Below, piece by piece: positions 20,401 to 32,573 of a DNA stretch of 54,220 nucleotides (the first letter of the stretch is position 1; every line of letters starts with the position of its first letter). This stretch comes from Catajapyx aquilonaris. Its lineage: Eukaryota. The notes beneath the pieces were generated by a model that ran no database searches, had not been told where the DNA came from, and saw only the letters and a list, made by a program, of their open reading frames with translations. Made by a program: the position numbers and the translations under genes. The stretch is taken from assembly GCA_000934665.2 (NCBI GenBank), contig JYFJ02000731.1:62001-116220 (forward strand). Reading direction: 5' to 3'.

Positions 20401-22309
20401 CATCAGATGAGCACAAAATATGTCGTCCAAACTGCATCGGTTCGGGTCCCATTTGCCTGAAGTAGAATTGACTCTCGAGTGACTCTGTCCGCGGGATGAG
20501 TCATCATTTTATGATCAGTCCGGAGAGTTTATACCTGACTTGACGACAAATACCCTGCGTCCTAATGGATCTCTGTCCTTCAGGATGGTTTGCATCTGGA
20601 GGTCAAATACTCGGTCGACTTGTGTTACAGGCAGCATCCAGGGCTTCAGATGAGACTGAGACTCACGAAGCTGGCAATAACGTTTTAACTGGAAAAGAGC
20701 GAAACTCTTTTTAATTGACATGTTACTCGTTTTTTTGATATGTAAATCGTCATCAGTCAAAAAAATGTATATTAATGTTGATAACATGCGACGTCGGTCA
20801 TTGTAATGAGTTACATAATTTGAGATTTTCCAATCTGCATTAAATAAATAATTTGCTACAAACAACCCCCTACCAACTACCCGATAACGGGCCTGTTTAA
20901 TTTTTCATCGGTTTAAATCAGACACACCACTTTTCTCCCTTTAAAATTTCCCCCAGGTCTCTTTGTCCTTGATTAATTAGCATGTTATCAATTTCCGTCT
21001 ATAGCTCTCTCTCTCCTTTTCCCCTTTGCCTAATTATCAGCTTCTTATTTTTAGACGAAGCCCAATTTGCAGGTTGCTAATATTGAACTGCGAATCTTAT
21101 GCGTGTATAATTATAAGAACGCCCTTTTATATTACGGTGGCCAATGCTCGGTCGTAATCGAATTTCCTGGCTCGAAGGAAGCGAAGGAGGAAAGCCTCAT
21201 CCATCGAGCACCTTATTCCACCTTCCTCTGAAAATGGGAAATAATAGTTACACACAGAAAAAAAATTAAGGGGGGGGGGAAAAAAGTAGCACATTTAATG
21301 TAGTTTTGTAATTTAAAAAATCAGTCAATTCGAAATTGACTAGTGGTTCTCATGCATACGTGTTTTTTCTCTCTCTTCAATCCACACCCCCCATGTCACG
21401 ATACTGTCACGTAGAGCAAAACCCTCACATTCAATAACAAACAATATTGACACCACACAATAATTACACTTTTGATAAACTGAAGTAAAATTAGATCGGA
21501 TTACATATAGATTTCCTCACTTATCTGGGGATATTTTAACGACATGTTTCAAAGGTCACACTCGAGTCGAAACGGCCCAGAAGTTTCGATTCCTATAACA
21601 TTCACACACAATTATTATACATTCACGTCATTGCGAGTATTACGTAATATAGAGAATGAGACTGACCATGACATGTTGCATGATCATTTGGAGTATACGG
21701 GTTATCGCCTATATTCACTGATCAATCATTTTTAAACAAAAAAAAAAGTTGTGTCCGGCATCGATCCTTCCAGGAAATGTTTGAAATTAAATTAACTCAG
21801 GCTCATGCACAACTCAGGCTCACAACAGGTTCTGGGCAATCTACGGAGAACGAGTGAAGGACGGTACTGTCATATATTAAAGAAGGTTACTTCCTGCATG
21901 TCCGCAGGGCATGTCCTGTATAAACGAAGCTAAGCATACACACAGAGCTTATTGGGAGGTTTACTTTAGGAAGGAAATTTGTGAAAATTTCTCAGTGGAC
22001 GTTATGACCCATGATACTACATTGCAGGGCTTTATGTAAAGATGCCTCTGATATAAATAACATACAGTAGTTTAGTGACATGGGGGGTAGGGGGGGGAGT
22101 CACAAATAGTAATTACTTTTTTCATAAACTAACAGTAAGGCGACTTTCTTAAAATATTAATTATTTTAAAATATGTAAAGTTCACCTTTGACCATCAGCC
22201 TGAGCGTGTGTATGTCCCTGGCCAGCCACTTGGGTCGCTCTCCCAGCTCCTCTCGAGCCATCTTCTGCCAGTAAGGAGACAACTTGTGTCCTTCGCACTT
22301 CTCGTCCAT
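17403..22309 (-). CDS. CRAL-TRIO (Sec14-like) lipid-binding protein, alpha-tocopherol transfer protein/clavesin-like, 304 aa, 6 exons
   Basis: Exons 22186-22309, 21136-21227, 20535-20688, 20152-20456, 18283-18427, 17403-17497, all GT-AG and phase-consistent. Motifs AREELGE, DEAFLLRFLRARKFD, RDPLGRRVFV, GKWDP, TQVAGVVCVVDM, PLRIKAIHLV, PFLSEKLRSR, ILPEELGG. Confidence 0.92.
17711..18053. mobile_element. Non-autonomous DNA transposon with CAGGGAGCA termini and a 7-bp TSD (P-element-like), copy 1, in the last CRAL-TRIO intron
   Basis: CAGGGAGCA...TGCTCCCTG with a perfect direct repeat GTCTCAT at 17704-17710 and 18054-18060; strongly self-complementary interior. Confidence 0.85.
18709..18974. 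mobile_element. Second copy of the 11753-11974 MITE family
   Basis: GCAACCGAGTGCGCAC ... GTGCGCACTCGGTTGCCCTCGTAAAAAAAATCAT. Confidence 0.65.
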
Positions 22310-22952
22310 TATGAGACCTCGACAGTATGTACACGAGCAAGGGCAATGAAAGGAAAATAAGTATTTGCGCTGCTGCAAAAGGCGACACTAAAGAGCGACT
22401 GAGTGTGTAACAAGGCCAAACAACATAGATACGGATAGATAGCACTTATGCTGACTGACTGGCTCTGACTATATGTGCGCAAGTAACTGAATGGTGCTGT
22501 GAGATAAGAAGATATGTTTTATAGTGGCTGCTGTGATGGAAAATGGTTCAGGCAAATACAGTACAGCGTGTTCAAATTTTTGCAAATTAATATAAGCTGC
22601 TTATTTGTTATTATTGACCAAATCTATGTTGTAGCATCCTTTCGACTCTGACGATATCCCATAGGCTTTCCCATTCATAGCACAGTGAGAGGGGAAATCC
22701 CTCTGGAGCAGCCACGATTCCCAGAAAATTTTTGGCAACGTGTTCTATCAACAACTACCCACACAGTCATATAGTCGACACTATTGTATAGGAAGACCAG
22801 ACATATCAAAAAAAAAGAGCAAAATTTTCAGTAACTAAACTGTGGCTGAATTGGATGTCATAAAATTGTCCAAAAAATTGAGCATAATTTGACACCATTT
22901 CCAGAGAGGAAAGTGCTTATTAAAAATATTTCATAATTTTAAAAACACACAG

Positions 22953-23215
22953 GCGCGCATTCCCATCCTTGTGAGGTTTTTTCCAAAATTTAAAATTTAA
23001 AACTAACCTAACCTAACCTAACCTACAAAAAACACACCAAATTTTGGTTAAATAAATTTTTACTGTTTTTATGAGGTACTGTACTGATTTTCCCCTATCC
23101 TTGTGAGGCGTGTGTTCACTATGAGGTACAGGAAAACTACCTCGTAATGACAAAATTCCTCACAAGGATAGGAAAAACGCGAAAAAAATTCCTCACAAGG
23201 ATATAGCAGTGCGCG
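22953..23215. mobile_element. Inverted-repeat element containing a short (TAACC)4 run
   Basis: GCGCGCATTCCCATCCTTGTGAGG ... CCTCACAAGGATATAGCAGTGCGCG, with internal repeats of ATCCTTGTGAGG in both orientations. Confidence 0.55.
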
Positions 23216-23355
23216 TCCAGGATAAGTTGCAGTTTGCTTGTCAAGATGGGGATAATATTTTTATAGGGCGACATCAGATGGAATATTTGCAGCGTATAGG
23301 ACATGCTGAAAAAAATATCAATTAAAAAAATGCATGGATTTATTACGTAAAGCTC

Positions 23356-23360
<5 letters not shown>

Positions 23361-23404
<44 letters not shown>
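23361..23404. repeat. (TC)n microsatellite
   Basis: Directly visible. Confidence 0.95.
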
Positions 23405-23407
<3 letters not shown>

Positions 23408-24018
23408 ATGATAGACGGTTTTTTTTAAAGAACTTTATGCCAACGTATGACTTTTGAACGTAATCGCGTTGTTGTATGTGCGTCAGACCCGAATACAAAA
23501 AAAAACGGTGCATTTTTACTATAGACAAAAAAGCAGACTTACTGCACAAGGACTAATTGCGATATGATCGTATGTCACACTGTTTTTGTCAATATTGCAT
23601 TATTCATCGTACAAACTGATAGTAATATATTATGTAATATAGGTCTACCAGTAGGCTACATAATAACCTTCTGGCCGCCGGATCCGTCCTAAATATATTA
23701 TGGGTGACATTTTTGGTGAAAAGTGCAATTATTTTCTCTCATTAAACTCTCGTGTTAACCTATAAATTTCAGTGTTTCTGTGGAATATGACCTTCACCAA
23801 TAATAAATCAACGCTTATTTATACAGACCCACTTCATATATATTTATTTTTTTATTTTTTTTATTTTTTTAAATTTCATACCCATTTTTCGTTCATGTTG
23901 GCAACATTGGAGCCGCCCGCCAGTCATTTGTCTTTCTAAAGATGGCCGCCCCCAGTGTGAGAAAGTTGTAAGTTTTCTTCTTTTTTAAAAAAAAATAAAA
24001 AAAAAAGGAGGAAAAATA

Positions 24019-24879
24019 ATGGCCTCAGGCGACAGTTTGTCTCGTCAAAAGTTGAGGGTGAGTTGGCCTGGTGACATGACCTTCTAGTTTTAATTCCTGT
24101 AAATTATTTGGCAGATCCTGTGCCTGCATGGGTACAGACAGAACGGAGAGACTTTCAGGCAGAAACTGGGGGCCTTCAGGAAGGTGGTCAAGAACTACGC
24201 AGAACTAGTGTTCATGTCCGCACCGCTCATCACAGCACCGCCAGACGCAGGTGCATGTAGCGCAGGTTCCGCATCTATTGCGATAAAGCCACATGTCGTT
24301 AACACTTGTCCCGCTTCATTTACCAGAGCAACGTGGATGGTGGTTCAGCCAGGAGGATGCGTTCGATGCACGTGAAGAAGCCCAGCGGTCGTTAGGATTT
24401 GAACGGAGCATTGCGACGATATCAGAATTTGTTGCTGCTAACGGGCCGTTTGATGGGATCCTCGGATTCTCGCAAGGAGCGACGATGGCAGCTATTATGT
24501 GTGCTATGGTTGAAAGTGGGACGGACTTGTTCAACTTCAGGTTCGCAGTCCTGGTTTCTGGATTCAAATCTAGGATAGACGATCACCAGGTGTACTTTGA
24601 CAGAACGTTTGAAACTAAGACCCTGCACGTGTTTGGTAAAACTGATGAGGTCATTCCTTATGGTAGGTGTGGCATCGTGTTTTAAATTAGTGTGGCCTGC
24701 TTTAATTATCGTTATTATTATTATTTCCAGATATGTCAAAGTCGCTTGCTGATTGTTTCTCTGACCCGGTTGTGGTGGTGCATGATGGAGGCCACTACTT
24801 TCCTACCAGCGGTGCAGTGAAGAAGACGTGTGTTGACTTCTTGCGAGCGATGGACGAGGAATGTAGCGCAGTTTCGTGA
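24019..24879 (+). CDS. OVCA2: OVCA2/FSH1-family serine hydrolase, 219 aa, 4 exons
   Basis: Exons 24019-24057, 24115-24250, 24327-24662, 24731-24879. Motifs LRILCLHGYRQNGETF, RGWWF, GPFDGILGFSQGA (nucleophile Ser), LHVFGKTDEVIP (Asp), HDGGHYFP (His). Confidence 0.92.
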
Positions 24880-25141
24880 TTAGAAGAAAATACATTAGAT
24901 ACCACTGCACTGACTTTTGTCCAGGGCAAGATTATTATTCAGATTGGTGTTTATAATAATGATGACATAAATTGGTTATTTACAATGGCATGTCTCATTG
25001 ATTACATTTCAATAACACTTAGCGAACAGGAATGTGCCCGCATTTTTTCACTACTGTAAATTAATGTGACGGATTCAGATGTGGTAATTTTCAATAAAGT
25101 GTGTGTTATGCACATTGGTTGCCGCAACGTACGGATGAACT

Positions 25142-25949
25142 TCACCTTTCTGGGACGCATGTGTCCAGTACGAAGTGCCACTTCATACCCTGAGGGCATT
25201 CTTCACCTTCCGTCAGGGCTCTGACCTCCCTGCAACCTCCCAGCTCATCGTAAACCATTCCTCTGGGGCAGCTGGTCCTCCAAGCAGTCTCAATAAGGAT
25301 CGGGTAGCAGTTGTAACACTGTGAATACATTGGCATTATTGCACATATTTTTGCTGACATCAACTTCCAATTCTTACAAGTACATCATAAACACATGTCG
25401 CTGCGAGGTATCCGTCAAGGTGAAGAGTGTAATGCTCTTCACAAGGGCCTCGTTTGGACGGCTCGTAGCAGGTTCCATCTTTGAGTATTTGTCCTGCTTC
25501 CGGCTGGCTTGAATTGTAGCATGGATCTGATTGACATTCAAGATGAGTCTCACTGTTGTCCAACGACAGGCGATGACCCAAGTCGCAGGGGCCCTGTTGA
25601 TATTACAATGTCAGTTTGTGCTACACCGATAAATAATTAAACTTGCCTGGGAGTTGATTTTGTAGCATTGTCTTTGTTGCGGCCAGTACACTAAGATGGA
25701 ATGCCAGACCCAGAACACGTCATCTGTGATGCATCTGCACTCTCCGTACATTCCATCACCAATTGCGATGAACTTGACCGACTTCCTTCCACATGGTCCA
25801 GTCGATTCCACCCGGTAGCACTCACCAGTCACCAAGTCAACTCTGTGGTCAGCAGGGTAACCACGTTCTTCACAAGTCCGGTTGTCCTCACCGGTTGCGG
25901 ACGCAGTGAACAATATAGCAAAAATAAGGTGTAGTGCAATATGCGCCAT
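25142..25949 (-). CDS. Secreted Cys-rich DUF4789-like protein, copy A, 231 aa, 3 exons
   Basis: Exons 25647-25949, 25378-25593, 25142-25318; the first intron is GC-AG. Signal peptide MAHIALHLIFAILFTASATG, repeated CY-x(4-5)-GPC units, YWP..RQCY, CPRGMVY..LGGCRE. Confidence 0.8.
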
Positions 25950-26128
25950 GCTCTTGCTAACTGTTGGGCAGCAGCAGGTGCTCATTAAGCAAACAGAAAA
26001 ACAGGTTTTTCGCACTGGGCAAGGTCATAACTTTTGCAAGGTACAAAAAGTTGAAGGTTGGCTCTGGAGCGTGTAGAGCATATATTTATTATAGTACTAA
26101 TTACACTGTAATTTTCACAGCATCCTCG

Positions 26129-26856
26129 TTAGGCCGCATCCACACAAGTTTCACTGACTGGATTCCACCTAGTGCCCTTGGAGCAGAGGCCTTCTCCGAA
26201 TGATCTGGTCTCCCTGCAGCCTCCCAGACTGGCCGTGAAGACCATACCTGGAGGACAGATGACATTTGGCAATACCAGTTGGACATACGGTATGGTGATG
26301 TTATAGCACATTCCCTCAGGAAGTCCATTCAATCTGACAGCCTGGTCATCCTCGCATGGACCTCTCTCTCCTTCAGTGTAGCATGTTCCGTTTAACAGAA
26401 CCTGTTGGCGAGGTTGGCTGGGGTCATAGCAGGGGTCAGGTCGACACTCCCCTTGACCTGTTGGGGTCGGTGTGAACAGATGACCTCTCTCGCATGGACC
26501 CTGCCGGTATTAAACAAAGGAGGCAAACAAATAGCTTCAAGTTGACTGTCCAGTGTGTGACTGACCTTTGAGTTTGCCTTGTAGCACTGCCTCTCTGGTG
26601 GCCAGAAAGCGATGGTCACTTGGTCATAGTAAGTGGCGCAGAGACACTCTCCGCACATTCCGTACTCTCCAATCGGTCTGAACTGCACGTCCATATCGCC
26701 ACAGGGACCTTTTGTTCCTGGTTCGTAACAATGCCGACCTGTCATCACGTCCAATCTGAAGTTAGGAGGGTATCCTTGTTGTTGGCAGGACATCATCAAG
26801 AGTTGTCCAGTCACATGCGACAAGAGCAGGATGAGATAGTAAATAGGCAGATACAT
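26129..26856 (-). CDS. Secreted Cys-rich DUF4789-like protein, copy B, 220 aa, 2 exons
   Basis: Exons 26566-26856 and 26129-26500. Signal peptide MYLPIYYLILLLSHVTG and the same Cys framework as copy A. Confidence 0.82.
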
Positions 26857-27078
26857 TGCTGCTGGATGTCTGAGGAAGTACTGCACACGAATTAACGGGT
26901 TTTGGGCACGCTTATGATGACCTCAGCAGAGTCCTTCAAAGCAAGGGCAGAGAGCCAGAGACAAACCCGTTTGCGCATCAACTTTTATTCGGAAGATCTT
27001 TCCTACCCGACGAAATGGCGGGAGTAGGGGGGCAAAGCCACAATAACGTTGGTTGGTGCAGACTCATCATGACCTGAC

Positions 27079-27435
27079 CAGCTGGGAGCATATTATACTA
27101 ACATAAGAGGCGCAAACATTCGATTTCCACGTCTCTCTGTTTGGGGCCGTTGCCAATAAGGCTGGCGGCCATTTTGAAGTGGGGGCAACGCCAACGAGGT
27201 ACAAATAGGGTACAGGCAAAAATAAGGTCCGCCATCTTTTGGCGGCCATGGGAACTATACAAGGCAAGAACACGCGCGAATCAAAGATGGCGGACCCTAT
27301 TTTTGCCTGTAGTCTATTTATACCTCGTTGGCGTTGCCCCCACTTTAAAATGGCAGCCAGCCTTGGCAACGGTCCGAAACAGAGAGACGCGGAAATCGAA
27401 TGCTTGCGCCTCTTATATGTAGTATATGCTCCCTG
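27079..27435. mobile_element. P-like 7-bp-TSD element, copy 2, inserted into the 3' end of pseudogene C
   Basis: Same internal sequence as 17711-18053; flanks ACCTGAC / GCCTGAC. Confidence 0.8.
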
Positions 27436-27884
27436 GCCTGACCGTGAAGACCATCCCTGGAGGTCAGCTGACCTGGAGCCATTTGGGTGTTTTATTGGTG
27501 TTGTAGCATGTGACTTCCTGGTATCCTCTCTCCAAGAGGAAATGACCTTCCTCGCACGGACCTTGTTGGTATTCAGGGTAGCAGGTACCGTTGACTTTCA
27601 CCTGCTTCGGAGCCTCTGGTTGGCTGGGGTCGTAACAGGGGTCAGGTCTGCACACCAGGTGACCGCTGTGGGTTGGTGTCAAGAGATGACCTGAGTCGCA
27701 GGGACCCTGCAGAGAATTATTAGGACCAATGTTAGGTGCAAGATCTGGCCCATGATGGTCTGTTCCAAACCATGGTCCCTTGACGAGTCTGTATGAGACC
27801 CTATAAGACTGACCTTGTCGTTAATCAAGTAGCATTGTCGATGTGCTGGCCAGTGATGAGATATAGTACGCACGGTAGAGACAT
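27436..27884 (-). pseudogene. DUF4789-like copy C, disrupted
   Basis: ATG at 27884 (MSLPCVLYLI) runs via an apparent large deletion and frameshift into HWPAHRQCYLINDK|gtcagt. Exon 2 from 27706 has TGA (27464-27466) in place of the conserved Cys of CPPGMVFT and is then cut by a transposon. Confidence 0.8.
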
Positions 27885-28167
27885 CGCTCCTGCTGGATGT
27901 CTGAGAAAGTACTGCACAGGAATGAGCAGGCTTTGGGCACATTTATGATCCTTCAAAGCAAGGGCAGACAAACCCATCGTGCATACAGTCTGTTGATTAC
28001 GTAACTTTATTGCGCCTTTATTTTGAAGACATATTGCACTGTAGGCTTCCCTATTTGAGACAGAGTCGCACGATTGGAAGAATGACCTTAATCGTACATA
28101 AATTAAGTATGCAGAGTATGACCTCTGGTGAGCATGTCACTAAATAAAACGTATGTATCTATACAGC

Positions 28168-28883
28168 TTAGATGCAACTTTCTGTGACTGGATGCCACTT
28201 GGTACCAGGAGCACAGGCTCCATCCCCGAATGTCCTGGTCTCCCTGCAGCCTCCCAGGGTGTCTGTAAAGACCATTCCTGGAGGGCAGGTGACCTTTGGC
28301 AGAAGCAGGTTGACGAATGGACTGGTGCTGAGGCGGCAGAATCCTTTGGGATATCCTTCCATCGAGACGGTCTGACCTTCCTCGCATGGACCTCTCTCTC
28401 CTTCAGTGTAGCATGTTCCGTTTAACAGAACCTGTTGATGAGGTTGGCTGGGGTCATAGCAGGGGTCAGGTCGACACTCCCCTTGACCTGTTGGGGTCGG
28501 TGTGAACAGATGACCTCTCTCGCATGGACCCTGCCGGTATTAACAAAGGAGGCAAACAAAAGCGTCAAGTGATTGTCCAGTGTGTGACTGACCTTTGAGT
28601 TGATCCTGTAGCACTGCCTCTCTGGTGGCCAGTAAGCGATGGTCACTTGGTCATCATACGTGGCGCAAAGGCAGTCTCCGTACAATCTTTGATCTCCTAC
28701 CGTCACAAATAGCACCTCTTTATCGCCACAGGGACCTTTCCTTCCTGCTTCGTAACAATGCCGACCTGTCCTTATGTCCAGTCGGTAGTTAGATGGGTAG
28801 CCTTGTTGCTGGCAGGATAAGATTGGCACCAAGTAACGATGTCCAGCCACATACGACAAGAAGAGCAGGAAGATGAGATACAT
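28168..28883 (-). CDS. Secreted Cys-rich DUF4789-like protein, copy D, 217 aa (226 aa from the upstream ATG at 28910), 2 exons
   Basis: Exons 28593-28883 and 28168-28530. Signal peptide MYLIFLLFLSYVAG; close paralogue of copy B. Confidence 0.82.
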
Positions 28884-29215
28884 CGCTGCTTGATGTCTGA
28901 TGAGATACATCGCTGCTTCACGTCTGATGAGAAACTACTGGCCTTCTGGATGCGGTCAGTGCTCTTCTACAGCATGAACAGGTTTTAGACAAGATTACCT
29001 TCAAAAGAACCGCGGAGGTCAAATGTGATGGAAATTACCATCATTTTCATGTCGACGCTTTTGAAGTAGATTCATTCCCAATATTCTGTGTACCTACAGA
29101 GCAACAATCGCATTATGAAACTGATTTGTTTATTGCAGAAAAATAGCTTGATGTACATAGCAATGAATAAATACTCATTCGGTATGGATCAGTTTACATT
29201 AGTTGCTGGTATGAT

Positions 29216-29614
29216 TCAGTACAAACCACCACCGAAACCAAGTCCTCCCAGTCCAATATATCCTCCTCCAAGACCACCATATCCTCCGCCATACCCTCCT
29301 CCGAGTCCCCCGAATCCTCCGGAGTAGTTGGGTCCACTCTGCTTGATGTAGCTGACCCCATCCTTGTGCTTGTTGTTGACCACGTAGTAATAGGCGTGGT
29401 CATCTGCACCTGACTCCACCTGAGATGCACCGTAGGGTCCGGCTATGGCGTACCCGTACTGGCTTCGAACCCCGATCCCTGCATGGGCTCCACACAACAA
29501 GGCAGCCAGAAGAAGAACGAACACCTGTGCAAATAATAATTGGCAATCATGTCAATAATTTAAAGCAAAATATTATTACACAAATTGGTATGACCAACTT
29601 ACCTTAGCGATCAT
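29216..29614 (-). CDS. Small secreted Gly/Tyr-rich protein G1 (VNN family), 106 aa
   Basis: Micro-exon 29603-29614 (MIAK|gtaagt) plus exon 29216-29524. Signal peptide, GGY/GGL repeats, TATAAAAA at 29665-29672 (minus). Confidence 0.88.
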
Positions 29615-30882
29615 TGTTGCTTGGAGGTTTAATTGCCAATGGACAAAATGCGCGATTCGGACACTTTTTATAGTGGGTCTCTCAGTTAGGTCTGCAAGGT
29701 CATCTAACATTGCGAAAATTCATCGGAGCCAGGCAGATACGATTTATTATCGGGGCGTGAAGTGATTTGAAAAGGATTGTTTGACTGGACAATGTCCAGC
29801 ACTTAATGTGTTTTTAACCTACATTTTAGTGGAGGAAAAAAAATGATGCAATATATTTGGCGAATTTTTGGCAGTGTTATTAAGCAGTTCTTCCGAAGCA
29901 ATGAAAAGTGCACTAATTTTTTGGCGCCCCCTTTTGCTGCTTGGTGCATATAAACAAAGATTCGCATTTTCACTTGCTTCTCATTAAACTGATTGTTAAG
30001 CAGACCACAATTTTTCCTTCCTCATGTCCTCTTGCATAATGCTAAATTATGTCAGCATAAAGTGGAAAGCAATTATCATAATTACAGGCGTGTGTATATA
30101 TTCTTTCGGGCCCGTAAATGTTTTATAGGTTACTCCAGTCTTGCTCTGAATATTTAAATGCACATTACATGTATAGCATTATAATTTTTTCGCCTATAAT
30201 AAGGCAGGACACGCAGTAATAATGGATCAAGACTAATATACTTTGAATTTGGCCCAGTTTGAAGTGTGGTCGTCCTTTTGATGGAGAGTCATTTTCTTGC
30301 CTGAATTTTTGTTTGACAACTTGATATTTTTGATTTGAATTGGCTCCCATGTTATAATTAATGGTTTCTAATAATCAAAAGTTACGTTTTCGATTTTCTG
30401 TAATTTATTTGTGCATCGGTATGGTGCGTTTTCCTCGTTTTCTTTTATTTTTTATGGGCAATCAGACACGCGTGTGTGAGTGAGCAAGCAGAGTTAGGTA
30501 AAACTATAAGGTGTGTATATGGGCTTCCTGCTTTAAGGCCGGATGAACATGATTACCTAAGCAATAAGAGGGTTGTACGCATATCAGAATCGCCCCCCTT
30601 CCAAACCTGGAGAGAGAGATCTAGGAAAAAGCCGAACGATCACGCGGAAGGGAACTAACGAGAAAATGCGAAATAACTACGCTCTCTCTCACTCACTTCT
30701 GCCCAATAATATTACTTGGTTCTTATTTCTCTATCTCTCACACCCCTCCTACACCCCCCTTCAAAAAAAAATTCGGAGATAAAAAGAAGGCTGATCAGTC
30801 AAGATGCACAGTTCAACATCAGGAGCGGTTCATATCTCATCTTGAAAAAGTGATCAAAAGGAGCTATACACAAAAAGCAGTC

Positions 30883-31499
30883 ATGGTGTGCCTTAGGAAT
30901 CTGGTGAGTTTGGATCACATTGATTTGAGATTTATTGGCAATGTAATAGATCAGGGTCAATAATTTGGCATTCAAATGGGAACAAACGGGAATGAGCTGG
31001 ACATTCTGGACAGATCCAGGCAACAAAATAATTCTCCAGCGTTTTAATCACCATAGCTTCTAATAATTACAGTTATTACTTAAAAGTAATTCCACAATAA
31101 TTTCTTTCAGGTTCTGGTGTGCATTGCTGTGTGCATACCCTTGATAGCATCCAAGCCTGTGCCTGACCCATCCTATGGAGTTGGCTTCGGAGGTTCGGGA
31201 TTGGCTGCAGCAGCACTTGCAGCTCCATTACTCTTCTCGATCCTTCCTTTTCTCTTCAAGGGAAGGGGCGAATCGCACAAAAAGTAAGTACAAGCACTAT
31301 TTTTTTTCAATTGCAATTTTGATATTTACTGCGCTTCAGTAATCAGGTTTTTGGGATGAAAAATAGTGAATTTATTTAGTAGTATCCCCCACTACAGTTT
31401 ATCCCATTTTTCCCCCCCAGGATCGTAAAGGAGCATTACATCCACCACAAGCCCACGGTGTACAACATCCACTACAAGGAGGAAAAGAAGAAGTGGTAA
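30883..31499 (+). CDS. Small secreted or membrane-associated protein H1, 90 aa, 3 exons (absent from the ORF track)
   Basis: Exons 30883-30903 (MVCLRNL), 31111-31283, 31421-31499: VLVCIAVCIPLIASKPVPDPSYGVGFGGSGLAAAALAAPLLFSILPFLFKGRGESHKKIVKEHYIHHKPTVYNIHYKEEKKKW. Same exon structure and phases as the paralogue at 41467-43448. Confidence 0.85.
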
Positions 31500-32121
31500 T
31501 CCATTAGTAGGCAACACCACAACATATTGCTCATCCAAGTGTGCCAGGAGCTTTTCCATGTGCAAAATATTTCAGCATCCAATAATCACAAAAAAAAACA
31601 ACATATGCATTACTCTCACCTAGCCTCTCTGTACCTGCAACACAATGTTTACCTATTTATGTGCTCAAGTTACAGGTGTGAATAAAATTATGGCTGTATC
31701 TCACAACTATATACTCTTGTTATTAACCTGCAAGCATATACCAATATTACATTATTTACTTACACATTGGAACAAATATAGTGACTCTGATTGGCCAGCA
31801 CAGCACAATTAAGTTGCATAAAAATGAGATGATAAGTGCGGGTAATGAGTTGGTAATAATAATAATGTTATTCCCCCGTGACAAGCGGTGCAATGTATGT
31901 TTTCACTTTCACCTCCGGATCAACTAGGCGTGTATCCTGCCCTTGACTTTCAAAATTGCTTCTCGCTGTACCAACCAACCCGCTCTGCTTGGACGATTAT
32001 TTTGCAATTTTCTTGTAAATCAAGACACAATGGCAAACGGTCACCTATAAAAACCTACGGGACATTACACTGGTTTATCATTCGGATCTGTCTTCGTCTG
32101 TTGATCACATCTCCTGAAGAT

Positions 32122-32573
32122 ATGGGGCTTAGCGTAAGTCGTTAATATTTACTCATATTTTTTTTGCAAATTGACATGATTGCCAATTATTATTTGCACA
32201 GGTGTTCGTTCTTCTTCTGGCTGCCTTGTTGTGTGGAGCCCATGCAGGGATCGGGGTTCGAAGCCAGTACGGGTACGCCATAGCCGGACCCTACGGTGCA
32301 TCTCAGGTGGAGTCAGGTGCAGATGACCACGCCTATTACTTCGTGGTCAACAACAAGCACAAGGATGGGGTCAGCTACATCAAGCAGAGTGGACCCAACT
32401 ACTCCGGAGGATTTGGGGGACTCGGAGGAGGGTATGGCGGAGGATATGGGGGAGGATATGGCGGAGGATATGGCGGAGGCTATGGTGGTCTTGGAGGAGG
32501 CTATGGTGGTCTTGGAGGAGGCTATGGTGGTATTGGACTGGGAGGACTTGGATTCGGTGGTGGTCTGTACTGA
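32122..32573 (+). CDS. Small secreted Gly/Tyr-rich protein G2 (VNN family), 127 aa; inverted near-identical paralogue of G1
   Basis: Micro-exon 32122-32133 (MGLS|gtaagt) plus exon 32202-32573; TATAAAA at 32046. Confidence 0.88.

Noticed and set aside
20689..20865. N-terminal part of ORF 20515-20865 (TDDDLHIKK) as CRAL-TRIO coding sequence
   Set aside because: It is intronic. The true preceding exon (DEAFLLRFLRARKFD) is at 21136-21227 and the acceptor is at 20688.
23004..23024. (TTAGG)n arthropod telomere-like repeat
   Set aside because: Only four units and they sit inside an inverted-repeat element, so this is not an interstitial telomere.
27464..27466. In-frame TGA at a conserved Cys position (possible selenocysteine)
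   Set aside because: The same copy has a frameshifting N-terminal deletion and a transposon insertion, and I recognised no SECIS element. A TGY-to-TGA nonsense change in a pseudogene is simpler.
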